Part shown: piece after piece, positions 8,720 to 21,550 of the stretch
How positions within the stretch are numbered: position 1 is the first letter of the stretch
Layout of the letters: each line of letters opens with the position of its first letter
Source: Paramoeba atlantica
Lineage: Eukaryota > Protista > Discosea
DNA: 64,000 nt
Direction of reading: 5' to 3'
NCBI GenBank assembly: GCA_977017575.1
Contig: CDRNVI010000076.1
Span: 1-64,000 of the forward strand
Notes under the pieces: model-generated
Told to the model about the DNA's origin: nothing
The model's database searches: none
What the model saw: only the letters and a program-made list of their open reading frames with translations
Program-made: the position numbers and the translations under genes

Positions 8720-9400
8720 AAAAAGTGGCCACCTGGCCACCCTATGAAAAAGTGGCCACCTGGCCCCGCTTTGAAAAAGTGGCCACCTGGCCACCCTATG
8801 CGTAACTCGCCACCTGGCCACCCTATGAAAAAGTGGCCAGCTAGCCCCGCTTTGAAAACGTGGCCACCTGCCCACCCTATGAAAAAGTGGCCACCTGGAC
8901 ACCCTCTGGAAAAGTGGCCACCTGGCCACCCTATGAAAAAGGGGCCACCTGGCCACCCTCTGGAAAAGTGGCCACCTGGCCACCCTATGAAAAAGGGGCC
9001 ACCTGGCCACCCTCTGGAAAAGTGGCCACCTGGCCACCCTATGAAAAAGGGGCCACCTGGCCACCCTCTGGAAAAGTGGCCACCTGGCCACCCTATGAAA
9101 AAGGGGCCACCTGGCCACCCTATGGAAAAGTGGCCACCTGGCCACCCTATGAAAAAGTGGCCAGCTAGCCCCGCTTTGAAAAAGTGGCCACCTGGCCACC
9201 CTATGAAAAAGTGGCCAGCTAGCCCCGCTTTGAAAAAGTGGCCACCTGGCCACCCTATGAAAAAGTGGCCACCTGGCCACCCTATGAAAAAGTGGCCACC
9301 TGGCCACCCCATAAAAAAGTGGCCACCTGGCCACCCCATAAAAAAGTGGCCACCTGGCCGCCCTATGAAGAAGTGGCCACCTGGCCACCCTATGAAAAAG
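8720..9400. repeat. Distal 27-bp array, 25 copies (unit 1)
   Basis: Monomer AAAAAGTGGCCACCTGGCCACCCTATG; 681 bp = 25 x 27 + 6; accounts for the KKWPPGHPM 9-aa repeats in the ORF track. Confidence 0.97.
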
Positions 9401-10423
9401 TGTGGTGTCCGGGTGATAGCCAGGCACGATCCAAAATTTACTGCTTTTAGCCGCGTGCTCCAGGCTATGAAATCATAGCTTTTGCCGCACTGCACACTTT
9501 TTAGGCTGTGCGCACTACGGACGGCACATCGGCCAAGCATCCAATGATCATTTGTTAGTGTGTATGGGTATTTACCCTAGTTTCCTAGTGTTTCGTTGTG
9601 TTAACACTGGGTAACTCCATACGCGGGAAAGAATCTGTCCTACTTTTTTAGCACCTTGATTTATTGGTGACGGGCAGACTCTTTCCGCGGCATTCCTCAC
9701 ACCCTAGTTCTTTGGCGCCTTGTTTTGTTGCCGCCGGGTGCTGGAATTGCTATTTTTGGAGATGAAAAAGGTCCAAAAAGTTGTTCACCCACTCACTGTA
9801 ATCCTGTAAGAAACCCCTTTTGTCCTACAAGTGGGGTCGTAGCGCAAGCTTCTCTCGCGAGAGACTTCCCTATGTCGGTCCTCGTACTCTTTTGAAGCGG
9901 GGCTGAGACAACTTTCACACCGTTGGCGGTGCAGGTGGTGAAAGAGAAAAAATTAGAGATCAGCAATGAGGGGATTCACGCGGCGACGTAGGCATTGAAC
10001 AAGGGTTTTCTTTCTCAAAAGTTTCTACAGAAAGTGTGTGTTTCCACTCACGCACCTCACTGGAGACACCCCATTAACTGGGTAGCGCGAGACTTGCTAA
10101 CCAACGCTTAAGTGAATCTCGTGTTGCGTCAGGCTCTGCTTTGCTTGTATTCGCTAAAACTACACTGCTCCGGATTGTTAGAATTGAAGATTTTTATGCT
10201 TTGGTCTCTGCTGGAGATGGGGTAGGATTATCTCTCCCACCTGACACATCCAAAAGGATATCTAGACAACATCATCCCGTTCGGTTAATAAGAAAGGGGT
10301 GCTTAACGAAAAAGTGGTGCTTAGCAAAGAAGGGGTGGGTTGCCTGGAAAAGTAACGTACCTTCTTGGTTTCCCGAAACGATTTATTCCGTGAGATCCCG
10401 ATGATTAGTCCTTCCCGAGATGG

Positions 10424-10616
10424 AAAAAGTGGCCACCTGGCCACCCCCCAAAAAAAGTGGCCACCTGGCCACCCCCCAAAAAAAGTGGCCACCTGGCCAC
10501 CCCCCAAAAAAAGTGGCCACCTGGCCACCCCCCCAAAAAAAGTGGCCACCTGGCCACCCCCCCAAAAAAAGTGGCCACCTGGCCACCCCCCCAAAAAAAG
10601 TGGCCACCTGGCCACC
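10424..10616. repeat. Proximal 28/29-bp array, 7 copies, ending 261 bp upstream of the unit 2 18S
   Basis: GTGGCCACCTGGCCACC at 10429, 10457, 10485, 10513, 10542, 10571 and 10600, separated by C-run/A-run spacers. Confidence 0.97.
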
Positions 10617-10637
10617 AAAAACACGGTTTGCATTTTG

Positions 10638-10647
10638 TATATATAAG
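10638..10647 (+). promoter_or_regulatory. Candidate Pol I initiation motif TATATATAAG (weak)
   Basis: Immediately downstream of the proximal array and ~235 nt upstream of 18S; resembles the plant TATATA(G) rDNA initiator. Supported by position and analogy only. Confidence 0.2.
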
Positions 10648-10877
10648 ATGAAAAAAATTTTGGATGGTTCGACCCGTAATTGAAAGTGAGGCGAAAGTGC
10701 CCACAAGTCGCAACGCAGCTCACTCGTATGATTGAATACATCTTGTGGCTTCCTAGTAAGCCGATGTATGCACGATGAGGAACAGAAATACAGTCCCATT
10801 GAGATGGGTACTACATTGAACCTTGCAGTTTACTGTGAGGGAACAGATTGAGAGAGGAATCACCCTCCCTTTCAAGA

Positions 10878-12901
10878 AACCTGGTTGATTCTGCCAGTAG
10901 TCATATGCTTGTTTCAAGGATTAAGCCATGCAAGCCTAAGAGTAACTGAGACAATAGGAGGTCTGCGAACGGCTCATTATATCAGAAATGATCTACCGGG
11001 AGAATTGCAGTGAAAACTGCTTGAATGGATAACTTCGCGAAAGGCGAAGCTAATACATGTACGTCACGTGACACATTCCATTCAACCACTGCGGGGAAAC
11101 CCAAGGTGGGGAATGTGGCTCGCGAATGGTTGGTACAAAGACCGACGCCAGTAATGGCAGTGTCGTAAATTGATGAATCAAACCATTCAGCAAAAGCGCA
11201 CCTTTGGTGTGCGAGTCCCGACGAATTTCTGCCCTATCAGCTTTTGACGGTAGTGTAGTGGACTACCGTGGCGATAACGGGTACGGGGAATTAGGGTTCG
11301 ATTCCGGAGAGGGAGCCTGAGAAACAGCTACCACTTCTACGGAGGGCAGCAGGCGCGTAAATTGCCCAATGCCAAATTGGTGAGGCAGCGAAGAGAAATA
11401 GCGTCCCCGCCTCTTTGAGTGTGGGGTTCGCAATGGGTGGTACGTAAACCCACCAACGAGTAACAATTGGAGGACAAGTCTGGTGCCAGCACCCGCGGTA
11501 ATTCCAGCTCCAATAGCGTATATTAACGTTGTTGCTGTTAAAGGGTTCGTAGTTGAATTCAGAGTGGTGAAAGTTTGCTGCCTCGGCAGCTCTTCCTCAC
11601 CACTCTGTCCTAGACGGGGCCGGAGTCTGCGGAAGCGTCCCTTCAGTGGTGACGTGGAAGCGGTTGGCCGAAGAGGCTAACATCCCACATGCAACGCATG
11701 TCGAGACCGCCCGTCGTTATCACTGTGAAGAAAACAGCGTGTTCAAAGCAGCCGCCTGCGGCTGGATGATAAAGCATGGAATGACAAAGCATCGACCACT
11801 GGGTCAGTCTTTTGTCGGTTTTTACGACCCAACATGGGTAATCGGTTGGCGAAGTGTTAATTTCCGTCACCTTGTGTGATGGAAAGCTTCGTCGAACACG
11901 GGATCAATGGGGGTTGTCGGGGGAAAACGTATCTGAGCGTGAGAGGTGAAATTCTTAGACCGCTCGGGGACGAACTTATGCGAAGGCATTTTCCAAGTAT
12001 ACCTTCATCAATCAAGAACTAAAGTGTGGAGATCGAAGATGATTAGATACCATTGTAGTCCACGACTGCAAACGATGACGCCCATGGATCGGATAGCATT
12101 TTGCTCTGATGGGATCTTTTCGGCACTGCTCCCCCTTCAACGCGAAAGCTGAGGCTATGGTCTCATGGGGGAGTACGTTCGCAAGGCTGAAACTTAAAGA
12201 AATTGACGGAATGGCACCACCAGGCGTGGAGTGTGCGGTTTAATTTGACTCAACACGGGGAACCTTACCAGGACAGGACAACGGTAGGATTGACAGATTG
12301 AGAGTTCTTTCTTAATTCGTTTGACGGTGGTGCATGGCCGCTTTTGGTCGGTGAAGTGATTTGTTTGGTTGATTCCTTTAACGGACGAGACCCAATCCGC
12401 TTACTAGGGGCACCATCTACCGAAAGGTAAACGGAAGCGAGGGGATTCGTCCCACTCGTCTTCCCAGATAGTGCATCCCCTTCTTCGCGGCATTCCGTGC
12501 GCCTTAGCACGGTGGCATTTTGGGCAACAGCAGGTCCGTGATGCTCCTAAATGTCCTGGGCGACACGCGCACTACAATGACAAAGTGAATGAGTGAAGCC
12601 TTTTTGGTCCTTCTTCGAAAGAAGTGGGGAAACTGAGAAAACTCTGTCGTGCTTGGGATCGAAGCTTGCAATTATTCTTCTTGAACGAGGAATGCCTAGT
12701 AGACGTGCTTCATCAAAGCGCATTGACTACGTCCCTGCCATTTGTACACACCGCCCGTCGTTGTTACCGATGCCAGTTGGATAAAGGTTAACGGACTTGC
12801 GATCCCTTCGAGGATTGTGGGAAAGTTAACCCATATTTAACTAGTAGAGGAAGCAAAAGTCGTAACAAGGTAGCTGTAGGTGAACCTGCAGCTGGATCAT
12901 T
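10878..12901 (+). rRNA. 18S rRNA: 18S rRNA, unit 2 (~2024 nt)
   Basis: Starts AACCTGGTTGATTCTGCCAGT and ends GGATCATT; universal SSU motifs throughout. Confidence 0.98.
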
Positions 12902-13155
12902 TCGAAAGTTTTCGAACCTTGAACAACAGGCACACCGTACGGTGCGTCCTAACACAGCCCTCCCGAGTGCTCGTTTGCGCTCGGGGAAGGGAAACCGTCT
13001 GTTCCAAACCCCGTTCGCGGGGTTTGGGGGGACTCTTTTTTTGTTCCTCCTCGTCGACGGCGCAAGCCGTAGACGGCTCAAGGGGGTTTACTCGGCCCGG
13101 TGCTACGCGTGGGGGGGAAACCCCCCACGCGCCCGGATGAAACCGAGTCATGTAT

Positions 13156-13312
13156 AACTTATGACGGTGGATGTCTTGGCTTCCCAATCGATGAAGGACG
13201 CGGCAATATGCGATAATTCGTACGCATTGCAGAATCAAGCGTAGTACTAAACCTTTGAACGCAACATGTGTGCTGGGTCTCGCACTCAAGCACGTCCACA
13301 GTTCAGTGCCGA
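13156..13312 (+). rRNA. 5.8S rRNA: 5.8S rRNA, unit 2
   Basis: Same sequence as unit 1 at offset +11213. Confidence 0.93.
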
Positions 13313-13385
13313 TAACCTTGCTGGGGAACGACACGTGCCCTGAAATCGAATTCCGTTGGTGTCTCACACCAAAGAAACCATTTTC

Positions 13386-14796
13386 AAGGCCTGAGCTGTG
13401 GTCGACCACCCGCTGAACTTAAGCATATCATTAAGCGGAGGAAAAGAAAACAACTGTGATTCCCCTAGTAGCGGCGAGCGAAGAGGGATTAGCCCAATCC
13501 GAATCGGATCACATCCGAATTGTGGGGTAAGAGGTCTCAGGAAAGCCTGGACACTCGGACAAGTCTTCCTGGAACGGAGCGCCATAGAGGGTGAGAGCCC
13601 CTTGATCCGAGTCCTCCTCAGGCGGGATTAACTTGAGACTTGCGGAGTAGTACTGCTTGGGAATGCAGTGCGAAGGGCAGGTATACCTCTGCCAAGGCTA
13701 AATATCTTGGGAAGACCGATAGCATACAAGTAGCGTGAGCGAAAGATGAAAAGCACTTTGGAGAGAGAGTGAAATAGCACCTGAAGCCGTCATAAGATAA
13801 GGGATGTACCACTATCCAAGACGTGTGTAGGGCACCTCGGGGGCAACCCCGGGGTGTCTTCCGCACACGTCATGTCTGTCGCTGTTCCCACGCCGAGCAA
13901 GGGGGTTGGTGTGATTTCGCACCTTCGTCACTTTTGTACTCGAGCGTGTGGTTGGGACAGTCTTACCCTTCGGGAGGGATGAAACGGTGGAGATCTCGGC
14001 TGCGGCTCCGTCCTGGGTTTGGAGCGTCTCCCGCCCTCGGGTGGGGGCCTCCGGCTCGGATGGGGTTCGCGGCAGGAGCTCCCGTGTTCGCTCTCCACAG
14101 ACAGACTTTGAGATGGCCATAGGCCACGATGGGGTTCATCCGCCCGTCTTGAAACACGGACCAAGGAGTCTAACAAGTATGCGAGTCATATACTGGAAAG
14201 GTATAAGGCGTACTGAAAGGGAAGCGCGTATGTCCGCGTGAGGTGTCAACCCGTTGTGCGGGGTTATGCCCCGCACCCGGGTGCAACACCGGCCGAGACT
14301 TGGCCATGGGCCGGGTTTTTGAGCCTGAGCATACATGTTGGGACCCGAAAGGTGGTGATCTATGCCTGAACAGGACGAAGCCGAGGGAAACCTGGGTGGA
14401 GGTCCGTAGCGATGTTGACGTGCAAATCACTCGTTGGATTTGGGTATAGGGGCGAAAGACTCATCGAACCACCTAGTAGCTGGTTCACCCCGAAGTTTCC
14501 CTCAGGATAGCTGGTGACAGTAAAGCAGTCGTGTGCGGTAAAGCAAATGATTAGAGGCATTGGCTTCAATTTGATGTCGACCTATTCTCAAACTTTAAAC
14601 GTGCACAGCATTTGGCTTGCTTTCATGAAGCCAAAGGTAATGGATGATGTCACCAAGTGGGCCTCTTTCGGTAAGCGGAACAGGCGATGCGGAATGCTCC
14701 GCAAGGGAACTTAAGGCGCCTAAGTGCGGGCTCATAGATACCATGAAGGGTGTTCGTTGATCTAGACAGCAGGACGGTGGCCATGGAAGTCGGAAT

Positions 14797-14830
<34 letters not shown>

Positions 14831-15924
14831 TCAACCAGCCCCGAAAATGGATGGCGCTCAAGCCCGCCGCCGACAGTTCCCCGGAACTGTAACTGTGGGA
14901 GGGCACAAGAAACACAGTTCCGTGTAGGGGTGCGTGGAGGCAAAGCTGCGAAGCCTTTGGCGTGAGCCTGGGTGGAGCTGCCTCTAGTGCAGATCTTGGT
15001 TGTAGTAGCGAATATTCAACTGCGGAAATTCCGCGATATATCGTTGAAGGCTGAAGTGGGGAAGGGTTTCGTGTCAACGGCGATCGGACACGAGTCACTC
15101 GGTACTAAAGCCAACGTTGGACCGCACTTGTGGAACGGGGTGATGGCCGCCCGGGCGCCGCGTTCGCTCACCTCGTGTGGGCGGGCGTCGATGCCTGGGA
15201 ACTCTACGGCTCCACCCAGTTGGCTGAAAGTAAAGCGGGCTTAACATTCCCGCAGCTGACCATGGGAATTTGAGGCGGTAACGCTTTTGAGACGATGCTG
15301 GTGACAGTGTGGGACGGGCCCGGAAGAGTTCTCTTTTCTTTTGAATGGACTTCCCCCTCCGTTGAGTTCGCGTCGTGCGGTGACGCGGAAGGGGATCCAG
15401 CAAAGCCATGCATTTGTGCGTGGTAGGGAAACCGTCTCACGCTTCAGAAAAAGCCAGCGGGGTCCTATTTCCTGATGGCAGGCCGTACCCATATCCGCAT
15501 CCGGTCCCCAAGCTTAGAAAGCTCTAGCCAATAGAACAAGGTAGTCTAAGGGAAGTCGGCAAATTAGATGCGTATGCTCGCGAGAAGCATTGGCTCTGAA
15601 GGCAAAGCTGTTGGGAGCCGGCAAGTCCCTGGGCTCAAGGTCCTGGCTGACGTGCCCGCGTCGCGTGCTCCGCCCGCCTTGCGTGGGTGGGGCGTGTGTG
15701 CTGCGGTGTCACGCTTGACGGGGCCTCCAGGGACTACGCCGACCCTTCGGGGACGGTGCAGCCGGGCAAACTCTCACAGCGCTGAATTGCTGTTTCAGAA
15801 CTGCTTACCAAGGGGAATCCAACTGTATAATTAAAACACAGGCTTGCGACGCAGCCAAGTGCTGTATGACGCAAGCTGATTTCTGCCCAGTGCTCTGAAT
15901 GTCAATGTGACGAGATTCACCTAC

Positions 15925-15981
<57 letters not shown>

Positions 15982-16726
15982 TTCTAATTAGAGACGCGCA
16001 TGAATGGATTAATGAGATTCCCACTGTCCCTAGCTACCATCTAGCGAACCAACTGCGTCAAGGGAACGGTCTTGAATGATTAAGCGGGGAAAGAAGACCC
16101 TGTTGAGTTTGACTCCAGTCTCAGTTTGCCGGGCGACATAGGAGGTGTAGTCATAGGTGGGAGGTGCTCGAAAGGGTGCCGGTTCTGAAAAACCACTTCT
16201 TTTATCGTTGCTCGGCAAATCCAATGATAAGGCAAAGGGAGTTATGTCTTAAGGGGCTTCACGGCTCCCAGGGCATTCGTGCACCGTCCGAGTCCTACGG
16301 GAAATTCAACGGTGCCAACTCACCTGTTGTAGCTCTAAACCCAGGTGCGGATGTACCAGGGTGAGCCTATGTTTGGAGACAAGACTGAGATGGGGAGTTT
16401 GGCTGGGGCGGCATATCTGCTAAACGACAACGCAGGTGTCCTAAGGCGAGCTCAGTGAGGACAGAAACCTCACGTGGCGCACAAGGGCAAAAGCTCGCTT
16501 GATCTTAGACTTTCAGTACGAGTCTAGAATGTGAAAGCATGGCCAGCGATCCTTTGAGCACGTACATTCAGGTATAATGCCAGAGGTGTCATAAAAATTA
16601 CCACAGGGATAACTGGCTTGTGGCAGCCAAGCGTTCCTAGCGACGTTGCCGTTTGATCCTTCGATGTCGGCTCTTCCTAGCCTTGCGCCGCAGTTGACGC
16701 AAAGGGTCGGATTGTTCACCCGGATG

Positions 16727-16770
<44 letters not shown>

Positions 16771-17058
16771 TTACCCTACTTAATCAAACATTTCGGCAGG
16801 TTTGCCGAGGGAAATACGAAGTAGTACGAGAGGAACTTTCGTTTCGCCTCCCTAGCAACAGCGGCCCTTTGAAAAGAGGCGCCGCAAGACCACCAGGCGA
16901 TGATTAACAGCTGAACGCCTCTTAAGCTGGAAATCAATCCCGAAGCAAACTTGGGCCTTCTAGGCCACTTGGGCGCAAAACGCGAGCGCGAAAACCATAA
17001 TTACTCAAGTAATACGCGCGGTAGTAACCCTACCCCTATGAAAGAGCGGAGCGTCCAA
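13386..17058 (+). rRNA. 28S rRNA: 28S rRNA, unit 2 (3' end approximate)
   Basis: Same motifs as unit 1 at offset +11213. Confidence 0.97.
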
Positions 17059-19464
17059 TCACACCCGGAACAGACGATTCCTTATGCACGACCTGGTGTA
17101 AGTGTTGGAGGAACCTCGGTTCCGACTCACTGAGCCCGTGTACGTGCCCATAGGTGCAATTTTGCAATTCAATCTACCTAACAAGGAGTAGGTAACAAGG
17201 CCTAACTTAGGCAACAACAAGGCAATAGTCTTGACACACACACTCAGATCCCTGCATGGGATCTCACAAACGTGCATTCCATATAAACAACCACAGGGGT
17301 GGTCAATAAAAAAGGACCCCACATTCTCGTCACCAACATCCACGGTGAGTCCTGCACAACCCTCTCTCTTCAAGCTTACACAGCTTCCTCACTATATAAA
17401 TGAAACAGATGTAGAGCACATAGCAGGTGTGCTATGTGTGATCATGTGTTGATACACTCTCACTCCACGGTCAAGTCTCAACAACCTCATGGTTGGGTCA
17501 GACACCCACTCACACGACAACAAAGTCCTTATGCACGACCTGGTGTAAGTGTTGGAGGAACCTCGGTTCCGACTCACTGAGCCCGTGTACGTGCCCATAG
17601 GTGCAATTTTGCAATTCAATCTACCTAACAAGGAGTAAACAAAGATAACACAAAGGTGTTATGCCTTGATCACAGAGACAAAACCGTCTCGATCACAAAG
17701 ACTCCGCATTACAGTGTGGGGTTCTCAGGAACGTGCTTCTCATGTGCACAAGAATGTATGTGTTCCACATGCACGAGAGGTACATAAAGCGCTTCATGGT
17801 AGTCTCATGGTTGGGTCAGACACCCACTCACACGACAACAAAGTCTTTATGCACGACCTGGTGTAAGTGTTGGAGGAACCTCGGTTCCGACTCACTGAGC
17901 CCGTGTACGTGCCCATAGGTGCAATTCAATCTACGTAACAAGGAGTAAACAAAGATATGGGAGTAAACAAAGGCCATGCCTTGATCACAAAGACGCTCCG
18001 CATTACGGCGTGGGGATCTCAGGAACGTGCTTCTCATGTGCACAAGAACATGTGTGAATCAACACACTACCTTCTTACTTAACCTCTTTTACACACAGCT
18101 TGGGTCTTACGGCATACACAAGAGTAGGTGCATACGACGCATAAAACAAAAAAATCAGAATGATCTAGTTGAAAGAACCTCCGTTCCGACTCACTGTACT
18201 ACCACTTTGTTCCACAGATCGCTCTGTTTTTAACCGGATGGGAGTGGCTTAGTATGATTGAAATGGATTGAATGCGTAACGACGCCTCCAATCCCTCCAC
18301 GGAGGCACGGCATCCACACCGCAGTGAGGATGATGCGTGCGCAAGAGTTAGTACTGTCTGAGAATAAAAAAATCAACAAGGTACAGAAACTGTATCTCTA
18401 TCGTTACCGTGTACATGCCTCTAAGTGCAATTTCGCAAATCAACGAAAACAAATGATCCTTCACAGGGCAGACATACTCATGACTCTGCTTTCAAGGCAC
18501 TGCAGTCATGAGCTGCAGTCATTTTGGGGGCGAGGTTGTCCAGTGATTGACTGCTCGTTACACTCGCTTAGCGATGAATTCCGATCCTTCATCCCTTCGT
18601 CAAAGTCATCCCACTTCCGATTTACGTCATCTATCTTCCCGGAATACGGGAAATTCGTTTTTGAGTGGGAATGTTCTATGAGAGAGAAAGCACTGAGTAT
18701 GGAGAGGAAAGCTAGTGAACAAGAGAGCCAAACTACAAATTTTATAAGTAGTGCACGTGAATTTGTTCCGTACATCGATAAGTAGCGTACCTGGATAAGT
18801 AGCGTGCTTGGGGGCACAGATGGGCGTTGTAGTAGTTTGGATGAGTACTCATCGAAACGACCTCTGCACATGGTACTTTGGATGAGTACTTTTCACTATA
18901 TTACCAACGTCTGACTCTGTAAGGCTAAACTGTGAACGTAGCCCTGGGACACGTGTGCTTCTCTCTAGATTCGTGGGAAGCAATTTGCGAAGCCCAACTA
19001 CTTGATAACAAATTTTAGTACCCATTTTGGCCGCGCGGGGGCCCCCGCGTGAGCGGGGGTGCGCGCGGCCGCGAAACGGCGAGGGACCGCGTGAGCGGGC
19101 CTGAGCCGCACCCCGCGTAGGATTCCCCTGTGCGTCGTTAGTGGGAAGCAATTTGCGAAGCTCACCGAATTTCGTAGTTTTCTCTACGCAGGCGTTGTCA
19201 ACGTATGTAGTGAAGTGTAGGATACTGAACGCACGGAAAATGAAAATCAAAAAAAATTCTTGGGTGTTCCACAAAAGTCCTTGACTTATGCAAAAGTCCT
19301 TGACTTCCACCGGCGCTGAGAACCTATGTCTGCCACTTCCGCAGGATTGTGTATTTTTGTACTATATTGCATCACCTATAACCTGGCAACAATTTACGTG
19401 ATTGCTGACTACGGAAGAAAGTACTCATGAGATGCGCCACGGAAGAAAGTACTCATCCAAAGTA

Positions 19465-19833
19465 CCATGTGCAGAGGTCGTTTCAATGAGTACTCATCCA
19501 AACTACCGTGTGAAGAGGTCGTTTCGATGAGTACTCATCCAAACTACCATGTGAGGAGGTCGTTTCGATGAGTACTCATCCAAACTACCATGTGAAGAGG
19601 TCGTTTCAATGAGTACTCATCCAAACTACCATGTGAAGAGGTCGTTTCAATGAGTACTCATCCAAACTACCATGTGAAGAGGTCGTTTCAATGAGTACGC
19701 ATCCAAACTACCATGTGAAGAGGTCGTTTCAATGAGTACTCATCCAAACTACCATGTGAAGAGGTCGTTTCAATGAGTACTCATCCAAACTACCATGTGA
19801 AGAGGTCATTTCGATGAGTACTCATCCAAACTA
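19465..19833. repeat. 41-bp IGS satellite, 9 copies (unit 2)
   Basis: 369 bp = 9 x 41. Confidence 0.97.
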
Positions 19834-20012
19834 CCATTACAACGCGATTTATGGTAGTTTGGATGAGTACTTCCATTTTCGTCGGAGGCCGGTGATAGTA
19901 GTTTGGATGAGTACTCATCGAAACTACCACAACCCCCTAGGAGGTAATGGTAGTTTGGATGAGTACTCATCGGAACTACCACAATCCCCACAGATGCATC
20001 GAGCTCCCTCTG

Positions 20013-20334
20013 AAAAAGTGACAGCTGGCCACCCTATGAAAAAGTGGCCACCTGGCCCCGCTTTGAAAAAGTGGCCACCTGGCCACCCTATGAAAAAGTG
20101 GCCACCTGGCCACCCTATAAAAAAGTGGCCACCTGGCCACCCTATGCGTAACCTGGCCACCCCATAAAAAAGGGGCCACCTGGCCACCCTATCGAAAAGT
20201 AGCCACCTGGCCACCCTATGAAAAAGTGGCCACCTGGCCACCCTATGAAAAAGTGGCCACCTGGCCGCCCTATGAAAAAGTGGCCACCTGGCCGCCCTAT
20301 GAAGAAGTGGCCACCTGGCCACCCTATGAAAAAG
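20013..20334. repeat. Distal 27-bp array, 12 copies (10 full, one 26-bp and one 20-bp degenerate; unit 2)
   Basis: 322 bp = 10 x 27 + 26 + 20 + 6. Confidence 0.95.
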
Positions 20335-21357
20335 TGTGGTGTCCGGGTGATAGCCAGGCACGATCCAAAATTTACTGCTTTTAGCCGCGTGCTCCAGGCT
20401 ATGAAATCATAGCTTTTGCCGCACTGCACACTTTTTAGGCTGTGCGCACTACGGACGGCACATCGGCCAAGCATCCAATGATCATTTGTTAGTGTGTATG
20501 GGTATTTACCCTAGTTTCCTAGTGTTTCGTTGTGTTAACACTGGGTAACTCCATACGCGGGAAAGAATCTGTCCTACTTTTTTAGCACCTTGATTTATTG
20601 GTGACGGGCAGACTCTTTCCGCGGCATTCCTCACACCCTAGTTCTTTGGCGCCTTGTTTTGTTGCCGCCGGGTGCTGGAATTGCTATTTTTGGAGATGAA
20701 AAAGGTCCAAAAAGTTGTTCACCCACTCACTGTAATCCTGTAAGAAACCCCTTTTGTCCTACAAGTGGGGTCGTAGCGCAAGCTTCTCTCGCGAGAGACT
20801 TCCCTATGTCGGTCCTCGTACTCTTTTGAAGCGGGGCTGAGACAACTTTCACACCGTTGGCGGTGCAGGTGGTGAAAGAGAAAAAATTAGAGATCAGCAA
20901 TGAGGGGATTCACGCGGCGACGTAGGCATTGAACAAGGGTTTTCTTTCTCAAAAGTTTCTACAGAAAGTGTGTGTTTCCACTCACGCACCTCACTGGAGA
21001 CACCCCATTAACTGGGTAGCGCGAGACTTGCTAACCAACGCTTAAGTGAATCTCGTGTTGCGTCAGGCTCTGCTTTGCTTGTATTCGCTAAAACTACACT
21101 GCTCCGGATTGTTAGAATTGAAGATTTTTATGCTTTGGTCTCTGCTGGAGATGGGGTAGGATTATCTCTCCCACCTGACACATCCAAAAGGATATCTAGA
21201 CAACATCATCCCGTTCGGTTAATAAGAAAGGGGTGCTTAACGAAAAAGTGGTGCTTAGCAAAGAAGGGGTGGGTTGCCTGGAAAAGTAACGTACCTTCTT
21301 GGTTTCCCGAAACGATTTATTCCGTGAGATCCCGATGATTAGTCCTTCCCGAGATGG

Positions 21358-21550
21358 AAAAAGTGGCCACCTGGCCACCCCCCAAAAAAAGTGGCCACCT
21401 GGCCACCCCCCAAAAAAAGTGGCCACCTGGCCACCCCCCAAAAAAAGTGGCCACCTGGCCACCCCCCCAAAAAAAGTGGCCACCTGGCCACCCCCCCAAA
21501 AAAAGTGGCCACCTGGCCACCCCCCCAAAAAAAGTGGCCACCTGGCCACC
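21358..21550. repeat. Proximal 28/29-bp array, 7 copies
   Basis: Same as 10424-10616. Confidence 0.96.

Noticed and set aside
8720-9400. Similarity of GGCCACCT to the L1Tc/ingi Pr77 HDV-like ribozyme signature
   Set aside because: Only an 8-nt overlap; none of the remaining 77-nt signature or the pseudoknot pairings is present.
8495-9540. Long ORFs of 274-310 aa (KKWPPGHPM, VARWPLFHR, GWPGGHFFI repeats) and similar ORFs at 10262-10799
   Set aside because: They are translations of a stop-free 27-bp (or 28/29-bp) tandem repeat in several frames on both strands; their length follows copy number and they break in other units.
10424-10616. G-quadruplex array on the minus strand
   Set aside because: The G6-7 runs are separated by ~22-nt loops containing a self-complementary core, a poor G4 geometry; not supportable without experiment.
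5846-10877. 5S rRNA gene or complete SL RNA gene linked in the IGS
   Set aside because: By eye I found no 5S sequence on either strand (CATCCCGTTCG near 10272 is an isolated short match) and no AAC(T/C)AACG...ATTG-GT SL exon/donor; cmscan would be decisive.
10878-17058. Group I introns or homing endonucleases in 18S/28S
   Set aside because: Conserved motifs are spaced as in intron-free genes; the extra length is in variable/expansion regions, and no His-Cys or LAGLIDADG ORF was seen.
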